NCBI GenBank assembly: GCA_034520665.1
Contig: JAXHNJ010000001.1
Location: 2,579 to 66,578, forward strand
Origin: Patescibacteria group bacterium
Lineage (GTDB): Bacteria; Patescibacteriota; Patescibacteriia; JAXHNJ01
Length of the DNA: 64,000 bases
Direction of reading: 5' to 3'
Made by a program: the position numbers and the translations under genes. The notes beneath the pieces are model-generated. The model had not been told where the DNA came from, searched no databases, and saw nothing but the letters and a program-made list of their open reading frames with translations. The number at the start of each line of letters is the position of its first letter. The first letter of the stretch is position 1. Below, piece after piece: positions 60,055 to 64,000 of this stretch.

Positions 60055-60648
60055 ATGAGCGATTTGATCGAAAAAACCGTAGTTTTAATAAAACCTGACG
60101 GGGTAAAAAGAGGAGTAGTTGGTGAAATAATCAGCCGCTTTGAAAAAGCAGGCCTTAAAATTATCGGCATGAAAATGATTTGGATTGATAAAGAAATAGC
60201 TCAAAAGCATTATCCCGACGCCCGCGAGGAGCTTCTTAAGGGAATAGGCGAAAAAACTTTAAAGACTTATGAAAAATACGGTATGGACCCGAATGAAGAT
60301 TTAGGCACCAAAAACCCTCTTGAAATCGGAAAGATGGTCAACAGCTGGAATATGGATTTTATTACTTCTGGCCCGGTAGTGGCTATTCTTTTAGAAGGTT
60401 TGCACGCTATTGAAAATGTTCGTTCCATGGCTGGTAACACTCTGCCGACTTTTGCTACTCCCGGCACTATCCGTGGCGATTATTCTCTTGATTCACCGGC
60501 CTTGGCTAATGTCAAGAAAAGAGCGGTGCGCAACATAATTCATGCTTCCGGCAACAAAGAAGAAGCCAAGTACGAAGAGCAATTATGGTTTAAAGAACAT
60601 CAAATATATGATTATAAGAGAGCTGATGAAGATGTTATGTTTGAATAG
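60055..60648 (+). CDS. ndk: Nucleoside diphosphate kinase (long form with insertion)
   Basis: KPDGV motif and active-site NIIHASGN. Confidence 0.8.
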   Translation: MSDLIEKTVVLIKPDGVKRGVVGEIISRFEKAGLKIIGMKMIWIDKEIAQKHYPDAREELLKGIGEKTLKTYEKYGMDPNEDLGTKNPLEIGKMVNSWNMDFITSGPVVAILLEGLHAIENVRSMAGNTLPTFATPGTIRGDYSLDSPALANVKKRAVRNIIHASGNKEEAKYEEQLWFKEHQIYDYKRADEDVMFE

Positions 60649-60879
60649 ATTGAATATAAATTTGACCAGTTAAATATTATTTGATAGCATAAATATCAAT
60701 ATGTGGATAAATAGCAAAAAAAATATTTTAAATATTATTATCCGACCCGGCTTGGTATAGTATTGATATAATAGAATATTAAGATTATCCCGAGCCTTAT
60801 AAAAAGGGTCGGTTTTTTTGTTATTACTGGTTCTTTTAAAAAAATGGAAAGCTTTGCTTTCCAAAGAGAAAGGAGAAAA

Positions 60880-61041
60880 ATGAAAACTTGTCCAAAGTGT
60901 CAGTCTTTTTTACAGCCAACAGTGGTTGAAAAAGACGGAAAAAAAGAGATAATTAATGCTTGTTTGCGATGTCATCCGGAGTTATTCAATTTACCTAAAG
61001 GCTTAAAGGAGGTTTATCATGGCCCAAGACAAGAATGTTGA
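60880..61041 (+). CDS. Small zinc-ribbon protein (CPKC...CLRCH)
   Basis: RBS aaaggag 8 nt upstream of the internal ATG. Two Cys pairs. Low confidence. Confidence 0.3.
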   Translation: MKTCPKCQSFLQPTVVEKDGKKEIINACLRCHPELFNLPKGLKEVYHGPRQEC

Positions 61042-61157
61042 AACTAAGGAAGAGATGGAAGAAAATTCAAAGAAAAAAAGAGAAGAGACACCTAAAAAAG
61101 AGTTAACAGCTGAGGAATTCTTTAGTACTTTGGAGGTTTAACTCTCCTTTTTCTACT

Positions 61158-61200
61158 AAAGCCGCCGGTTACTAGAACTAGGCGGCTTTTTTTCTTTTTT
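61158..61200 (+). terminator. Rho-independent terminator
   Basis: GCCGCC-ggttactagaact-aGGCGGC followed by TTTTTTTCTTTTTT. Confidence 0.8.
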
Positions 61201-61295
61201 ATAAACCTAAAGGTTTATATCAAGCTATGCGGCTTCATAAAACTTATTTTGCGCAGAAGGCATTTTTTTAAATTTAAATATCTTATTAGCTGAAT

Positions 61296-61392
61296 AAGCT
61301 CAGCGCCCCGCCAGCCGTTTTTTTGGGGAAATAACTTCAGTAGACCGCCAGCCGTTTTTTTGGGGAAATAACTTCAGCACACCGCCAGTGGC
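61296..61392. repeat. Tandem ~38-bp direct repeat (2.3 copies) in a convergent intergenic region
   Basis: ccgccagccgtttttttggggaaataacttcag occurs twice, plus a partial third copy. Confidence 0.8.
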
Positions 61393-61423
61393 CTTAGACT
61401 TAAATGTTATTAGCTTAAGCTAA

Positions 61424-62533
61424 TTATTTAATTTCTTTTAAGCTGTAGTCTAGTAAATTATCTTTATCTTTAAAATAAAATACTCCTTTTAAGTTTTTAC
61501 CTTTTAAAAATAAAGGCAGCCAAAATTTATCATCCGGCCACATTTTTTTATAAGGTATTTTGTCAAAATCAAACCACTTTGGTTTCATTTCTTCAGTTTC
61601 TTTTGGTTTGCCCTGAAATTCTGGACAATCAAACAAATGAACATGTAATATTTCCGGATTATTTTCAAATTCAAATATGAATAAGCCTCTTTGATTTATT
61701 TTTTTTGGGAAAATTTCACATTCCTCTTTTATTTCTCTAATTAGAGATGATCGGATATTTTCTCCTGGTTTAAGTTTGCCGCCAAAACCGTTCCAACGAC
61801 CCTGACCAAAGCCTCTTTTTTTCATACCCAACAGTATTTTATTATTTTTTATAATTGGACAAAGAGTTAAGTCCATTTTTCTTTTTTGATATTCTTTTTT
61901 AAAGGCGGTTAAAGTGTATGAATTTTTTTTGATAAATTTACCCACTCTGGTTCTTTCTAATTTATATAACACTCCGCCAGTATCTAATATTTCTCCTAGG
62001 TCTCGAGCTAATGATCGAATATAAACTCCGGGACCGGTAATAATTTTTAAATCTAAAAAAGGCCATTTATAGTTAATTAATTTTATATTTTTAATATTAA
62101 CCAGTCTTTTTTTTATGGGAGGTTTTTTGCCTTGAAGGGAAATCTTATAGGCTCTTTGTCCTTTTATTTTAATAGCTGAAAAATCAGGCGGTTTTTGTTT
62201 TATATTGCCTTTAAAGTTTTTGAGCGCTTTTTTTACATCCTTAATATCAGGCTTAGGAATATTTTTAAGTTTTTTAATTTGGCCGGTTTTGTCGTCAGTA
62301 TTACTTTTTTCGCCTAATTTTATTTGGGCTAGGTATTCTTTTTCTTCTAGGTTATTTGACCATATTTTTTTTACAGCCCAGCGCCCAATGCCAACCACTA
62401 AAATACCGCTGGCCATCGGGTCTAAAGTACCGGCGTGGCCAATAGTTTTTATTTGGGTAATTTTTCTCAGCTCATTAATAATTTGGTGAGAGCTGGGGCC
62501 TTTGGGCTTATAAATAGAATGTATACCTTGCAT
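61424..62533 (-). CDS. truB: tRNA pseudouridine(55) synthase TruB catalytic domain fused to a C-terminal NUDIX hydrolase domain
   Basis: N-terminal GHAGTLDPMASGILVVGIG (TruB catalytic Asp motif). C-terminal Nudix box GKLKPGENIRSSLIREIKEECEI. Confidence 0.8.
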   Translation of the reverse strand: MQGIHSIYKPKGPSSHQIINELRKITQIKTIGHAGTLDPMASGILVVGIGRWAVKKIWSNNLEEKEYLAQIKLGEKSNTDDKTGQIKKLKNIPKPDIKDVKKALKNFKGNIKQKPPDFSAIKIKGQRAYKISLQGKKPPIKKRLVNIKNIKLINYKWPFLDLKIITGPGVYIRSLARDLGEILDTGGVLYKLERTRVGKFIKKNSYTLTAFKKEYQKRKMDLTLCPIIKNNKILLGMKKRGFGQGRWNGFGGKLKPGENIRSSLIREIKEECEIFPKKINQRGLFIFEFENNPEILHVHLFDCPEFQGKPKETEEMKPKWFDFDKIPYKKMWPDDKFWLPLFLKGKNLKGVFYFKDKDNLLDYSLKEIK

Positions 62534-62543
62534 ATATCAATTT

Positions 62544-63749
62544 TTAATTCCGCCCCCAAATAGCGTCTAAAATTTTCATGCGGGTGACCATAAAAACGGG
62601 AATCAAACCCGAGCCAATGGCTACCAAAATAATAGTTTCCAGACGGAAAATATAATCAGCCGGATTAACCACTAAAGTCGCGTCACCGATTGGTAATTCA
62701 AAAGGAAAGGCCTTAAAATAGGGGACCAAAATGCCAAAAAATAGAGCCGTGCCCAAAAGTACACCTGAGACCGAATAAATGGAAGTTTGGATGACATAGG
62801 CACTGCGGATAATATAAGGCTTAATACCGATGGCCCTTAAAATGCCAATTTGCCTTTTTTTATTAGTAATATCAATATAGATAACAATAAATATAGTGAC
62901 AGCCGCGATGAGAGTGCCGACAAGGGTCAGTAAAATATTAATACTGAGAAAACTGCTGGTGACGGTATCCATCAAACCGGAAACATTTTCCCAGGTAAGA
63001 AAATTTTCATTAATACCTTTTTCTTTCATTTTACTGATAGCTGTTTGGCCGTCGCGTTTATCCAGCCGAACAATAATAGAGGTCGCTTTATTATCGGCCT
63101 CGGGGTTTAGCTCTTGCCAGGCTTTTTTAGTAATAAAGGCTCTCTGGTCAGTGTTAATAAATTTAGTGTAAAATATACCCTGAATTTCAAATTCTTTAGT
63201 AATCTCTCCTAAGTTAAGAGTAACTTTTTCCCCGACTGAAACGCCTTTAAAAGAAAAGGCATTCATTTCTACCTCTTCGCCGCCGGCAATTTGGCGTCCG
63301 ATTATAATTTTATCAGTATCATGACTGTTAAGATATTCTCCGCTGATCATTTTTTCATGAACATTAGTCACTGTTTTTTCCTTTTCTGGGTCAATAGCTA
63401 AAATTGTCCAGTTGCCTTTAATACCTTTATACTCCAGACTGCCCGGAATAGAAATTTGATCAGAAACACCGGCGATATTTTCAATTTCGTTAATTATTTT
63501 AGTTTTATGCTCAGCTTCTTCAATATAATCCGAGCCAATTTTAGGCGTAATCATAATATGGCCGGTGTAGGTATTGATAATCTGGTCTTCGGAAGACTTG
63601 ATAATCCCGTTAAAGAGTGAAGTAACAAAAACTAAGTTGATAAAAGCAATAGCCATTAAAAAAATGATCAGAAACAAAGTCCATTTGTTGCCTCGATGCA
63701 AATATTTCCACATTAGAAAAAAAGGAATTCTGGTCTCAAACTTTTTCAT
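62544..63749 (-). CDS. ABC transporter permease (FtsX/MacB-like)
   Basis: N-terminal TM, large periplasmic domain, three C-terminal TM helices. 401 aa. Overlaps the upstream ATPase gene by 4 nt. Confidence 0.8.
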   Translation of the reverse strand: MKKFETRIPFFLMWKYLHRGNKWTLFLIIFLMAIAFINLVFVTSLFNGIIKSSEDQIINTYTGHIMITPKIGSDYIEEAEHKTKIINEIENIAGVSDQISIPGSLEYKGIKGNWTILAIDPEKEKTVTNVHEKMISGEYLNSHDTDKIIIGRQIAGGEEVEMNAFSFKGVSVGEKVTLNLGEITKEFEIQGIFYTKFINTDQRAFITKKAWQELNPEADNKATSIIVRLDKRDGQTAISKMKEKGINENFLTWENVSGLMDTVTSSFLSINILLTLVGTLIAAVTIFIVIYIDITNKKRQIGILRAIGIKPYIIRSAYVIQTSIYSVSGVLLGTALFFGILVPYFKAFPFELPIGDATLVVNPADYIFRLETIILVAIGSGLIPVFMVTRMKILDAIWGRN

Positions 63750-64000
63750 ACCATCCTCCCGTCTTTTAGTTTAATAATACGGTTGGCGTATTTTTCTTCA
63801 TCCGCTTCATGGGTAATCATGACAATGGTGTGATTTTCTTGTTCGTCCAGGTATTTGAAAATTTCTAAAACTTCATGGCCGGCTGTGGTGTCCAGGTTGG
63901 CTGTTGGTTCATCAGCAAAAATAATTTCCGGGTTATTAACTAAAGCCCGGGCAATAGCCACTTTTTGCTGCTCGCCGCCGGATAATTGACTAGGCAGATT
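63746..64000 (-). CDS. ABC transporter ATP-binding protein (C-terminal part; continues beyond the window end)
   Basis: [15 protein letters not shown] signature, Walker [10 protein letters not shown]-loop ITHE. Confidence 0.85.
   Translation of the reverse strand, partial: NLPSQLSGGEQQKVAIARALVNNPEIIFADEPTANLDTTAGHEVLEIFKYLDEQENHTIVMITHEADEEKYANRIIKLKDGRMV

Noticed and set aside
60670-60864. 64-aa minus-strand ORF between ndk and the zinc-ribbon ORF
   Set aside because: It has no RBS, a hydrophobic low-complexity translation, and overlaps a putative terminator/promoter region.

Overview
AT-rich bacterial window with small compact genes, N-rich low-complexity linkers, a type IV pilus/competence gene set and minimal metabolism. 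This is consistent with a Patescibacteria/CPR-like genome, though that is an inference and not a database hit. Three things dominate. (1) The first ~24.6 kb is a near-perfect inverted duplication whose two arms meet at ~12295; the left arm runs into the window start. Each arm carries: a tRNA-Arg, recG, and an operon of DsbA + a beta-propeller protein + two tandem Cys-rich paralogs that share a near-identical two-helix N-terminal module. The arms differ by a handful of single-base indels that break different genes in each arm. (2) To the right of the duplication lie: a 1273-aa B12-binding radical-SAM / class-V aminotransferase fusion, two tRNA-Ser genes with duplicated flanks, comFC, clpC, a GC-rich probable ncRNA island, htpX, lemA, and two >1100-aa Cys/Gly-rich surface proteins. 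(3) A complete type IV pilus cluster: pilM, pilN-like, pilO-like, pilB, a receiver domain, a Walker-A-degenerate pilT-like gene, pilC, a major pilin with consensus promoter and terminator, pilD and five more pilin-like genes. The cluster is interrupted by a 1.35-kb noncoding region packed with GC-rich hairpin repeats. Housekeeping genes ligA, gatC, gatA, ndk, a truB-NUDIX fusion and an ABC exporter close the window. Coordinates of RNA and regulatory features were derived by hand and may be off by 1-2 nt.
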